A DNA stretch of 64,000 bases from Camelus ferus (lineage: Eukaryota), in assembly GCF_009834535.1 (NCBI RefSeq), contig NC_045697.1, positions 98,396,001 through 98,460,000 on the forward strand. Reading direction: 5' to 3'. This document shows positions 13,359 through 24,485 of this stretch, piece after piece (positions within the stretch are counted from its first letter, which is position 1; each line of letters starts with the position of its first letter). The notes under the pieces are model-generated. The model was not told the DNA's origin and made no database searches. It saw only the letters and a list, made by a program, of their open reading frames with translations. The translations under genes and the position numbers were made by a program.

Positions 13359-13411
13359 CTGAGATTAAGACGAGGAATCCTTGAAGAGTGTTTTGTGACT
13401 CTTCTGTGAAG
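13359..13411 (-). other. Candidate spliced exon (53 nt), probably non-coding if real
   Basis: Minus strand: branch-like cttaactgac, acceptor atttcatatttccag|CTTCAC, donor TCTCAG|gtaaga. Confidence 0.25.
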
Positions 13412-13430
13412 CTGGAAATATGAAATGTCA

Positions 13431-13489
13431 GTTAAGCCAGAAAGAGAAAGAAAAATACCATATGATATCATTCATATGTGGAATCTTGA

Positions 13490-13541
<52 letters not shown>

Positions 13542-13859
13542 GACACTATGAACTCATCTACAAAACAGAAACAGACGCACAGACTACTTGCAAACAATCT
13601 TATGGTTATAGGGAAAAGGGGTTGGGAAGGGATAAATTTGGAAGTTTGAGATTCGCAAATGTTAGCCACTACATATAAAAATAGATTTAAAAAAAAAAAA
13701 AGTTTCTTCTGTATAGCACAGGGAACTATGTTCTGTATCTTATAATAACCTGTAACGAAAAAGAATATGAAAATGAATATATACATGTATATGCATGACT
13801 GGGACATTGTGCTGAACACCGGAAATTGACACGTTGTAACTGTACTTCAATAAAAAAAG
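13431..13859 (+). mobile_element. Camelid L1 3' end with internal (GAAA)n expansion
   Basis: taagccagaaagagaaagaaaaataccatatgatatc..gcacagggaacta..cttcaataaaaaaa; (gaaa)n at about 13488-13540. Confidence 0.9.
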
Positions 13860-14459
13860 AAGTTATTTAACATTTTTTTCTAATTTAATCTCTTCCTGGT
13901 AAAGAGGAATTCTGATTCCTAGCCGTGATGACAAAGGTGCTAAGGAAAATGCAGCTAACAATCGCCAGGTAAAATCCAAACTCTTTCAAGCTTTCTTATC
14001 ACAGAGACGGTGCTCACCACTAAAAAGAGGCTATAGAAATAAAATCATGAGGCTGATTTAATTTAATTAATAAGTGGCATAATTTGGAAGCCCGTTAGAG
14101 AAGTCAGAGAGGCTGACTGTACCCACAACAGCGTTAATCATTCACCATAAAGCCAACTAAGTGTAACTCCAGAAGTCGAACCACTAAAGTATAAATGGAA
14201 AAAGCCAAGCTGCTAATGACTCTAATGATCTAGGTCTAGTTCCTGACGGCTCTCCTTCCACTTCGCACTCAATAGTCTCCTTTACACCTTATAATAAACT
14301 TCGTAGTTTATAAAATTTGAAAATACTAACGTGGAAGCATTTTTAGTATTTTTAAAGCCTACCAACATATCAGCCCTTATAAGGAAAAAAGAGTCATCCC
14401 AAGACAAAAGGAGCTTAGGGCTCCTAAGGCAATAAGAGCGAGTGCTCTCTCCCAGGTCA

Positions 14460-14582
14460 CACGTCCTGTCCCTAAACCCTTCCCACCACCTGCCGTGGCA
14501 CCGCCCCCGGCGCCCCCCACCCCCACCCCCGCAGACTTCGGAGGCTGCTTCAGGTGTCCGCAACTATAGCAGAAAGTGAAAC
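14460..14582. promoter_or_regulatory. Small GC/CpG-rich patch with G4 motif, SP/KLF boxes and IRF-E site
   Basis: Four C-tracts at 14504-14530, several CpGs, and GAAAGTGAAAC at 14572-14582 (IRF consensus). Confidence 0.4.
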
Positions 14583-14914
14583 AAAAATGAAGGCCACAAC
14601 ATTTCGATTTTTCCTTTTGATAACAATGAAATAAAAAACATAACTAGTTCATAAAAATGAAAATGAATCTGCTTTTCAAGCATCACCTAGCTCCTCACTC
14701 CTAATGGAACCCACCTCCACCCACTTTAGCTCGTAACAAGGAACCGTGTTTGTTTGCAGAACACTGGACAGAAAATTAATGTAGTCAGCCGTTTGCTTGC
14801 CAATTAATTTAGTGAAGCAGCAACTAAGTAATCCAATTCTCTCAAGTCTGAGCATAAAAATATCAGCTGCATAGATGCTCCTAGACAGAGGAGGAAGAAG
14901 AGAAGTAATCCGCA

Positions 14915-15116
14915 TTTTTAAATACCTTCTACGTCAAGCACATTGGTCCGCCCTTCCACGCATTACTTCATTTTCATCCTTACAATGACCCTGCAAGGAA
15001 GGAATTATCTCCATTTTACATAAACTCGCTTTGCATAGGAAATTTAAATAACTTCCCAAAGATCAGAGAACAAGTATGTGGGCACGCTGGGATGCATCCA
15101 AGGTCTCTCTGATGCC
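14915..15116 (-). mobile_element. MIR SINE
   Basis: Antisense MIR core: catccttacaatgaccctgcaagg..attatctccattttaca..aataacttcccaaagatc. Confidence 0.8.
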
Positions 15117-15215
15117 TTGAGTTAAAATGAAAATGAATGAACGATTTAAAAAAAAAAAGATGTAACTTTATGTGTACACTAGATGAGCCTCTATACTTAA
15201 TATCTTTAGTAATTC

Positions 15216-15389
15216 TGTTTATTTTTAAGTTTTGACTTTGCTGTTACCACATTTTAGCTTATTCTTAGATCTAGTCACTTTTTAAGATAACATTGTTATC
15301 TTAGTCTTAGATCTAGTCAAAATAATTGTTTATTTTTAAGTTTTGACTTTTCTTCCCTGTTACCTCATTGTTACTCTCAGATCTAGTCA
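15216..15389. repeat. Local imperfect tandem duplication with embedded inverted repeat
   Basis: 24-bp exact repeat at 15216-15239 and 15327-15350; agatctagtca three times; taagataaca-t-tgttatctta at 15283-15303. Confidence 0.9.
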
Positions 15390-16324
15390 TTTACTTCTTG
15401 AGAAACAACTTAATCTGTATCCGTTCCTTTCGTTTGCTTTATCCTCTTCCTTTCCTTTCTTTGCTGACTTGTATGTATCTCCCAGAGATCCAAGCAGGCA
15501 AGATAACAAACAGTATATCTCGATGGGAATTAATAAATTGTGTTTAATGTAAATTCTGAATACAGACTGTTACATTTTACAGATACTTCTTATGTGCGTT
15601 TCAGATTGGAATAACTTCACAGAGGATGAAGGACCAATAAAATTCCACAAGACGTACAGTGTATGTGTCAGACATCTAAAAATTCTTGAGAAAGCAATTA
15701 TACTCAGTGCTGTCTAATAATAAATCCAAATGGACAGCTATGATACGAACATTTCCTAACAACGCCACCCCCACCTGACTCTGCATTGCAATCTTTGCTC
15801 GACTCTCTGCAGAAGAACAGATGTTCTGCTTTGGGTTGAGAAATCAACAGTTACCATTCATATGTTCCAAAAATTCAAGGGCCTAGTGCTGCTGTTTTAA
15901 GGATGCTAATTAATTCCAGGCCTTATGCTCCAAAATTCTTGCAGTTTCAATCAATTGTATTCTCACAGGACCTCAGTCCCCAGGATCTGCTTTGAAAGCC
16001 TAAGGGGATAAACTGCGAGGAAATGCATACTTCACTGATGGGGGGAAGAAGGGGGTTACTCTAAGAGGCTCTGATTTTGTCTGTTTCTTACAGTGTTATC
16101 ATCACCATCCTCTCTATTGTGTTGATTTGAACAGGTAAGCACAGCCCAGATGACAAATTTAACTGAAACAATGCCTAGAGATGCCTTTGGTCATATTTTT
16201 TCTCCCAATTATTTACCATTCAAACACAGACTAATATTGGAAACAGTGTAGCAAGAGCTATTTCTGACTCTGTTCCTGGCTTTTATGTTTGTTTGTTTGT
16301 TTGTTTGTTTTTATAACTAGTATT

Positions 16325-16470
16325 GATTATGCATAATATCCAGGGAGGGACATGGTAAAAATGCTGGTTCCAGGACTTCGAAGCCCACAGATTGGTGGAT
16401 CTGTGAAGATACCAGGGTATCTGCAATCTTTAAATAAATGCCCTATTCTGAGGACCTGAGGAAATGCTGT
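16325..16470. mobile_element. MER5-like hAT fragment
   Basis: gcataatatccagggaggg..taaaaatgctggttccagga..atctgcaatctttaaataa. Confidence 0.45.
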
Positions 16471-16796
16471 GTTCATCCAAGTGCACTCCTGAACGGGGAT
16501 GTTAACAATCTATGTGACCTTTGCCCCAGATGAGAGAGCTCAAGCAGAAACAGTGGGGTGGGTCAAGGTTGGTATAAAGTCCCATTGCATTTACATTAGC
16601 AGAGCTGGCTCTGCTCCGGGCACCCCAGCCCTTCACACTGGACTATCTCATTGTCTCCTGCAGTTGAATCTCTTGGGGTGATGACAATGGCTGGGCCCTG
16701 GGAGGTTGGGGCCCAGGGATTTGCTTTCTTAGCAATCACCTGCAGGTGAACCTTACACACCCTGAAGTTTGATGAGCGGCTATTTGACATCAAAGC

Positions 16797-16990
16797 TGAG
16801 GAGTCAGCCTGACCTGGGTTGAAATCTGAGATATTTTACTTATAATTGCCTGACTTGGGCAAGTTCCTTACCCCTAACTTAATCCCTCTGAGCTTCAGTT
16901 TCCTCACTCTAATTGGGAATAATAGTGTTAACTTTCAGTTGTTGTGAGAATTAAATATGATCATGTCTTTCAACATACGGGTACAGGGTA
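16797..16990 (+). mobile_element. MIR SINE
   Basis: gacctgggttgaaatct..tgacttgggcaagtt..ctctgagcttcagtttcctca..gttgtgagaattaaat. Confidence 0.85.
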
Positions 16991-17066
16991 GGAATCTGAA
17001 AACAAGAGGAGCAAGAAGTTTCACTGCTATGTGTTGCCCTTTCGTCCGAGAAACAACAGGACCTGT

Positions 17067-18216
17067 TGTCAGAGTGTTACGGAAATGACAGGCCAGCCAA
17101 GAAACAAGCACCACTCGGAGGGTTGGAGTACTCGGATGTATTATGCCGGTGGGCTCAGAGGGGCTTCTGCTCCGAAGCTCTGAGCACCTCCAAGACGTGC
17201 ACATGAAGTTTTATAGGGTTAAGTACAAGCTTGGGGTATTCAGCCAATAGGCATGGAACAGCTTTAGCAGCATCATTATCACAAAAGTGGAGGCAGGGAG
17301 GCAGCAAACCAACATTCCAAAGCCAGATATATCTAATTGAAAATCCAGCTGGCTAGCAAAAAAAAAAAAAACATGAACAGGGAATCAGCAAACCAACACT
17401 AATTAACTTAGATTTACGAGTTAGTCCAGCAGAACTCAGATCAGTATTCCAATACTTAGATTTGTGAGTTATCTGGCTTTTCTTGTTAGCCCAGCCCTGC
17501 CTTTCTTTCACATTCCTAGACTTGGGAGTTATCTTATTAGCCCAGCCCGGCTTTTCCTTCACAAGAGCAGGCAGATAGCTAGATATGAGCAGAGAAAGGG
17601 GGACACAGACCAAATGGCAGGAATTGGGCAGAAAGGAGGGGCACAGGCCAAATGCCGGAAACCACACATCATGTAAGCAGCAGGGGTCCTTGGGCAGAGA
17701 AAGAAAAGCAGGAACCTTGGGGCTGATAAGGGATCATGCCTTTTGGAATGACAAGTGGCCTGAAGAAGAACAAAGAAAGGTGAGAAAAGGCAGGAATTTC
17801 TAGTGTCCAAATGTAACCTTTTGCTCATTAAGCCCTCATTTCAATAAAATTAGCCTTGCAGATCAGAAGTATCCATCATGCACCGAAGCCATGACACTTC
17901 CAATCCAGACTAAATAAGGACAAAAATCCCTCCTCCCTTTGGGAAGGTGGAGTTGGGATGATAATCAGGGAATACGACCCCAAACCCTTCCCTCCCCAAT
18001 GAATATTCCGCCCATTCATTTTTACACCCTATGTAGCTAACTTGCCAAAGAAACTCAGGGCAGCCGCTCACCTGAGCCTGCCCGCTCTTCCCTGAGAGTG
18101 TACTATCCATCCTTTAATAAATCCTCACTTTACATTTGTAACCTCTAAATCTTGTCTCTGAATTCTTTCTGGGATGGGACAAGAACCTGGAACACAGGTT
18201 GCATCTATTGGCAACA
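17067..18216 (+). mobile_element. ERV1-class solo LTR (outer, about 660 bp net), interrupted by another LTR
   Basis: TG...CA ends (tgtcagag..ggcaaca); 4-bp TSD ctgt at 17063-17066 and 18217-18220; AATAAA at 18116-18121. Confidence 0.85.
17075..17563 (-). mobile_element. Younger ERV1-class solo LTR (inner, 489 bp)
   Basis: tgttac...ttcaca termini; 4-bp TSD agag at 17071-17074 and 17564-17567; minus-strand CCTATAAAA near 17210-17217; retained CpGs; internal repeated units (ttagattt..gagtta, ttagcccagccc). Confidence 0.85.
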
Positions 18217-18961
18217 CTGTGACTCCTTCCCACGACTGTTTGCGTGAGTTCATACACAGGATTCTTTTGGTGTTTTGCTGAAGGAGGGGAAGGAATGTTA
18301 TTTTTTGTTGTAGGGGAGTCTGGGAGGGTTTGGGAATGAGGGAGAAGAAATGAAGAAGTCAGGGACGATAATAATGGGACCTGTCCAGACCCTGACATTT
18401 GACTTCATCGTGTACCCCCAACAGGGAGGAATTAGGGCCACAGTCTGAAGGAGCTGTTTTCTTAGCAGACTTTTTGTGACTGTAGACCCAAGTCATGATG
18501 TTTTAAGGCCCAAATAGTAAGGCAAGGCAAAGAAATGGGGAGAGAGCCATTCTTCTTTTCTGAGTGGAATCTATCTCTGCTTGGAAACCTAAAGACCGGC
18601 ATCATTAGAATAAGCCAAAGACAGCACTGGACATAAGTATTGGTGGCCTCACAGCTGCCACCATTAGAAATGGCAATGGAACACACCCCAGAAGGCATTG
18701 AGGGCTGCAGTTAAGGGATCGTCAGAGAAAGCAAGGAAAGCTTGATTTCTAAAACTGAAAATTCAGTTGTCAGCACATGCCAGACTTCCCTTGGGAGCCC
18801 CTACACACTTGGAGAGGTCTTTGCAGACCAGCTCCATGCCCTGCAGGAGAGAGAAGGGATAGGAGCAGGAGCCAGGGTCCTCGCTGTCCCCACACCTTGC
18901 TTTGTATCCACAGATGGGTGAGGAGTCCCAGTAACAATTTTCAATAAAAATGCTTGTTATT

Positions 18962-19269
18962 CCAAAAACAGACTCACAGACATAGAAAACAAACCAGGGT
19001 TACCAAAGGGGAAAGGGTGGGGAGGGATAAATCAGGGGTTGGGAATTAACGGACACATGTTACTATTACTGTATATAAAATAAACAAGGACCTACTGTAT
19101 AGCACAGGGAACTATATTCAACTTCTTTTAATAACATATAATGAAAAAGAATCTGAAAAGAAAATATATATGTATGTATATATGAAACTGAGTAACTTTG
19201 CTGTACACCTGAAACTAACACTGTAAATCAACTACATTGCAATAAACCTTTTTTTAAAATAATGATAAT
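18962..19269 (+). mobile_element. Artiodactyl-type L1 3' end
   Basis: acagactcacagacatagaaaacaaac..aatcaactac; perfect 14-bp TSD aaatgcttgttatt (18948-18961, 19270-19283). Confidence 0.92.
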
Positions 19270-19634
19270 AAATGCTTGTTATTGGTCCCAAGGGGGACCA
19301 GCCAAGCAAGAGCAGAGAGAAAGAAATGTTTGTCTCTGCTAGAACTAAATGTCAAAAGAAAATCTCAAATAAGGGTCACCATCAATTCTTGTCTGGGCTT
19401 AGTTGCTGCTGACGTCAAACCACTTTAACTTCTATGTGATGCAGTCTCCTCATCTGTGAAATTGACAGGGGCACTCAAGGTTTGATATATGAAGATCAAA
19501 ATAGCTCAATATGATATAGAGAGAGCATACAAAAGAGCCCTCCAAATTAAAGGTTTGGTCTACATCTGATGGTCAAATAAAGCAGCTGTCTGGAATTATA
19601 CTGTATTCAGACGGTGGTGGAACAAGTGCAGAAA

Positions 19635-19760
19635 CTCTTTGAGTTTGCTCTGTCATTAACAAGTTGAGTGACCTTGAGCAAGTCCTTTAAACTCTGTAAG
19701 CCTCACTTTCCTCCTCAGTAAAGGGAAGAGGTCTGTAAGGTCTATTTCATCCCTAGGGTT
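19635..19760 (+). mobile_element. MIR fragment
   Basis: gtgaccttgagcaagtcctttaaactctgtaagcctcactttcctcctcagtaaa. Confidence 0.75.
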
Positions 19761-20307
19761 CCAGGTAGAAGATGCAGGTCTTGAGATGAGTAGCTGAAAA
19801 TACGATCTCCTTGTAATGCCAAGGGAGTTACATCACCCCGCACTTACAAGAACCCAAATGTTGACTGAGATCTTGTGTAAGCAAAAAGAAACACTGAAAA
19901 GCCTTGTCAGGCATTTTGTAGCTGTTTGGTAATGCAGATTTGAATGTGTCTATCTTGAGCAGTCCCAGATGTTTATACCACTTGGATGTGTGGTAAAAAG
20001 TTAATGTTTCACTTAATGAGATGCATCCTAGCCCCTTTCTGGCATTAAAGCCACGATGAAGAGGGGAGGAACAGGGCAGCTTGCCTTCATGGTGAGAATC
20101 ACACACTTCAGTCACCAGCTTATCTATGACACTGGAGGTTTGAGTTCAACCCTCTGTGTTCATTCACTGATCTATCAACAGAATTTGCTGTGTTATTTCT
20201 TTAGCTGGGCACTGTGCAAAGATGTGGGGAATGCAAAGATGTCATCCCTGCCTTCCCTGAATATGAAATCTGATTTGAAGAGATAGGAATCCAAGCACTT
20301 ACAAAAA

Positions 20308-20450
20308 AGTGGTAGAGCACATGCTTAGCATGCACGGGGTCCTGGGTTCAATCCCCAGTATCTCCTCTGAAAAAAAAGTAAATAAATAAATAAACTTAAT
20401 TACCTCCCCTCCAGTATAAATAAATAAATAAATAAATAAACCTTAAAAAA
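20308..20450 (+). mobile_element. Vic-1-type tRNA-Ala SINE, 5' truncated, long form
   Basis: agtggtagagcacatgcttagcatgcacggggtcctgggttcaatccccagt, then the taattacctcccc extension and (TAAA)n tail. Confidence 0.88.
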
Positions 20451-20536
20451 ATATATAGTATATCACAAGTGTCAGTCACATGACTCTAGGCAATAAGTGC
20501 CATTTATCCAGTGGATTTTAAATGGATTTAATAAGT

Positions 20537-20589
20537 GGGGAAGGAAATAGCTCAGTGGTAGAACACATGTTTAGCATGCACCACTAAAA

Positions 20590-20640
<51 letters not shown>

Positions 20641-20642
20641 AT
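20537..20642 (+). mobile_element. Vic-1-type SINE with internal deletion and (TAAA)n tail
   Basis: ggggaaggaaatagctcagtggtagaacacatgtttagcatgca joined directly to cca and the tail; B-box segment absent. Confidence 0.8.
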
Positions 20643-22190
20643 GTATTCGATGTCTTTCTTCAGCGGAATGAGACATCAATTCTAGATAGAGTGCGCCAAG
20701 GTTTTTCCAGTGAACCTGGAATTTTGAGCTGGTTGTAATGGATGAATGTAAAGAGGGGAGTGAAGTGGGGAAAGCTCCCTCTAGGATGGGACATTCACAT
20801 AAACAAAGGCATTAAATTGGGAAGTCTCAGAAGCAAGCGGAATAGAGCAGATTGAATCCTGCCCTGTTGTTCAGTGTGGCAACTACTCACAGCCCCTCGT
20901 TACTATTTCTGTACCTCACCGAGTGGATCCCATCAAACTGACCATTATAAACTGTTCCTTGACTCAAAGTACTTGTTTCTTTAACCAGAATAACCCATTT
21001 CATTAAATTAAGTGGCTAGTTGCCAACTCAAGTTTGGAGATCTATAGATCCAATCTTTCCACTAACACAAGAAAAAAAATATATATAGACTTTTCCATTT
21101 CTGTTCACATCCAGGAAGGACAGAACAGCCTGTAGCCCCCACTGCTCTCTTAACTTTAGGTGTATCTTCTGCAGTCAGCTAACTCAATAGTTTGAATCCA
21201 CAATAAAGCCATCGGTACATATCAGGAGGATGAGTGGCAAAAAGACAAACCACGAGGCTTCCCAGTGGAAAACGTTGATAAATACCTAGACATACCTGGA
21301 TTGAGCAGTATTTCATCGCCTCACTTAGTGGGTAAGAAATCTTGTTAGCCATTAGCCATTGGTAATACCATAGCCCTACCATAAACTTGCTTTGCAAATC
21401 AGAAAGACATGACATCAGCAGCAGCTGGTGCTGGAAATAAACTCAGGACTAACACCAACTGGAAGTATAAACACTGAATAAGCAAATACATTCAAGGAAA
21501 GAGATGGCCTTTCTACCATACGTCTCACCATAACCTACCTCTCTCACTACTGAGTTGAATTCGTCCCATTTAAAAAGTGTTAGCCTACAATACTCTCATG
21601 ATTTGCTATATTTTTCAGTAGTTTGAATACTTTAAATTACAAAAAGCTTTTTGCAAATAATTATCTTCTAGGCAAGGTTTCTATTTCAATTATCTTCTGT
21701 AACACAGCAGGTCTATTATTTAAAAGTTTGGTGTTTGTTCCTTCACCCGACACATCCCACCTTTGACAAATTTCTCTCCATTGGCAGTTTCTATTTATAT
21801 TTCCACATATTCATATAACAAATTTAAATAAAATCTTCCACTTGTATCATTAATTAGCATTTGGCAATGGGCCTGATTAAATGCCCTTGGCAGCAAAATG
21901 ATTTAAGTATTTAAAAGGTTACTTTTATCATTTATTAAGAATGCCTGTTAGAGAACTATTACCACCAACTTCTCAACAAGGGTAACTCTTCAGAGTCTCC
22001 AGGTTGTGTTCAGTCATGGGCAGTCAGGGTGGTCAGTTTTTCTAACGGATGAGGAAAGTTTGTCTGAATGAGAGGAAGTTTAAATGATTTTTAAAATTTG
22101 GGTTTAAATGATTAATAATTTTTCTGCTAATTCATGCCGAAACATAAGGGGAAAAGTTTTCTTCTCATTACTGATAATGTGAATAGGATT

Positions 22191-22648
22191 AAAAAAAATT
22201 TTTATTGAAGTATAGTTGATTTACAACGTTTCAAGTGTACAGCAAAATGATTCAGTTACACATACATATAATACATTCTTTTTCAGATTCTTTCCCATTA
22301 TATCTTACTATAAGAAATTGAATATAGTTCCCTGTGCTATACAGTAGGTCCTTGTTGTTCATCTATTTTATATATATATATATAGTGTGTGTATCTGTTA
22401 ATTCCCAAATTCCAAATTTATCCCTCCCCCCCTTTCTCTTTAGTAACTATAAATTTGTTTTCTATGTCTGTGAGTCTATTTCTGTTTTGTAAATAAGTTC
22501 ATCTGTATCATTTTTTTAGATTCCATATATAAGTGATATCATATGGTATTTGTCTTTCTCTGACTTACTTCACTTAGTATGATCACCTCTAGATCCATCC
22601 ATGTTGCTGCAAAAGACATTATTTCATTATTTTTTATGGCTGAGTAGT
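22191..22648 (-). mobile_element. Artiodactyl-type L1 3' end
   Basis: ttttattgaagtatagttgattt..gttccctgtgctatacagtagg..atccatgttgctgcaaa..tatggctgagtag. Confidence 0.92.
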
Positions 22649-22799
22649 TGAGCAGGGATTTATTTAACCAGAAGTCCTAATCCATACTCCTCTAACTGTG
22701 AAGTTAAATATACTTCAAACACCGTGACTGAATATGAACTCCCTGGGCCTGGAAAACCCTTGCTCTCTAGCTGCGAGCTCTCATTCATGGGATTCCTGC

Positions 22800-22865
22800 T
22801 CACAGCTATGTTTCCAGCAACTAGCCCAGTGCCCAGCATATAAGTGTTCAATAAATACGTGTTAT
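22800..22865 (+). mobile_element. L2 3' end
   Basis: ccagcaactagcccagtgcccagcatataagtgttcaataaatacgtgtt. Confidence 0.65.
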
Positions 22866-23930
22866 GTAATAAAATATAGACTCTCAATTTACAGTGTACT
22901 TCTTAAGAGAGGATGGCATAAAAATAAGGTGGATTGCCACTTATTTTTCACTTGTACATGATTCCATTTAAATGAGACATAGCTATAAGAAGTGAGTAAT
23001 GTGGAGGAAAAATATTTGGAGCAAGCAATGCAGTGAATCTTGGAAGATTAGCCACGGTGATGGTATAACTTCCACCTTCATGAAATGATCTAAGTAAGGC
23101 AAAAAGGAAGGAAGAAAGAAGGGGTGGGGTGTGAGAAAAGGAGGCAAAAAGAAGAGAAATCTGTTCTTATTTAAATAAGGAAAATAGGAAAATATTGTAT
23201 TTAAATAAATACTAAGTAATCTATTGAATTTTCGAAGTCTACAAATGAATATACATACTGTATAAAATGAATGAAAATATCCATTTGCTGTGACTTTTCC
23301 CAAGTACAGTGTTTCATGGTTTTCTGCCTCATCAGGAGAATTAGAAACAAGGTCCCATGATGAGTAATGCTTTGGTGACTAGAACACAGACTCAAATGTT
23401 GCAAATGGTACAGTTGATTTACTAGAGACTTCCCTGGGCTTTTGGCATATGAGTAAATATTTGTTGAGCAAAGAGATTTAAGACATAAAGACTTCCTTCA
23501 GGGAGTTTGCAATCTGGTTGTCTTCAATAAGAATCTTAGAAGGAAAAAAAAGAAAAATATGGAAACAAGGAGGAATCTGTATTTCAAGAAAACCTTCCAG
23601 AAAGAAAGAGAAACTAGAAACTTTCAGGATAAGATGTGAGGGAAAACTACAAAACATAACGCATTTAGCACCTAAAAGAGCCTCAGACTCCAGGCAGAAC
23701 AAACTCAGAAATGTAATCTACCACCACCTTCAGTCATAGGTAGACTGTTATTCAATTTTTGCAAAAAAGAAAAACATATGTAAATATTGAAGGAAATGAA
23801 AATGATATAAGCTATACTGTGAATAAAATATTTATCAAACAAATTCATAATCGGAAGCTGGCTACTTTTCAAATATAAATCAACAGTGAATAAGGGAAAT
23901 TTTAGATCATGTGTGCAAAAGAAGCTTGAA

Positions 23931-23973
23931 CCAGAAATTGGCACATTGTAACTGACTACAATTTAAAAAAAAA
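23931..23973 (+). mobile_element. Ultra-short L1 3' tail insertion
   Basis: ccagaaattggcacattgtaactgactacaattt plus poly-A; 14-bp TSD aaaaga(a/g)gcttgaa (23917-23930, 23974-23987). Confidence 0.85.
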
Positions 23974-24249
23974 AAAAGAGGCTTGAAATAAATCTCTGAT
24001 TATCAACGCTAAGTTTTGCAAATACAGACAATACACTGTTCGGTATATTGGGTCCTCTTCATCTCGGGAAACATCCACTGCATTATTTGCACATTCTTAA
24101 TTTTCTTTTCTTAAGTTTCTTTAGCACTACTAAAAAGTAAAGAGCTCAGAAAAGAGTTCCTACCCTTTTCCTTGGCAACAGCATCAGATGAATAGATTGA
24201 CTTGTGTAAGCCTACTTTGTCCAAGAAGGGAGATAGATGGAGAAGAGAT

Positions 24250-24485
24250 CTTTACTAGGAGCCTTCTTTGTGCCAGATGTGTTAAATATAGTATATGTAT
24301 TCTCTCTGAATCCTTCCAATCACCCTGCAAATTCATATTAATAGGAATATTATTTCTCTGTCAGAAATAAAAGAATTAAGAATCAGAGAGATTTACCAAT
24401 TTTCATAATGTTAATTGTTAGTGGAAGTAGGTCTGAATGCTGGTCAGCTGGGCAAAAAAAACGCATGTGCTCATCCCACTGGCCC
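24250..24485 (-). mobile_element. MIR SINE (decayed)
   Basis: tttactaggagccttctttgtgccagatgtgtt..aatccttccaatcaccctgca. Confidence 0.65.

Noticed and set aside
4365..19417. Isolated TCACGTGA (about 4366), CACGTGACGT (about 6305) and TGACGTCA (19410-19417) sites
   Set aside because: Single short motifs are expected by chance in 64 kb; no supporting cluster.
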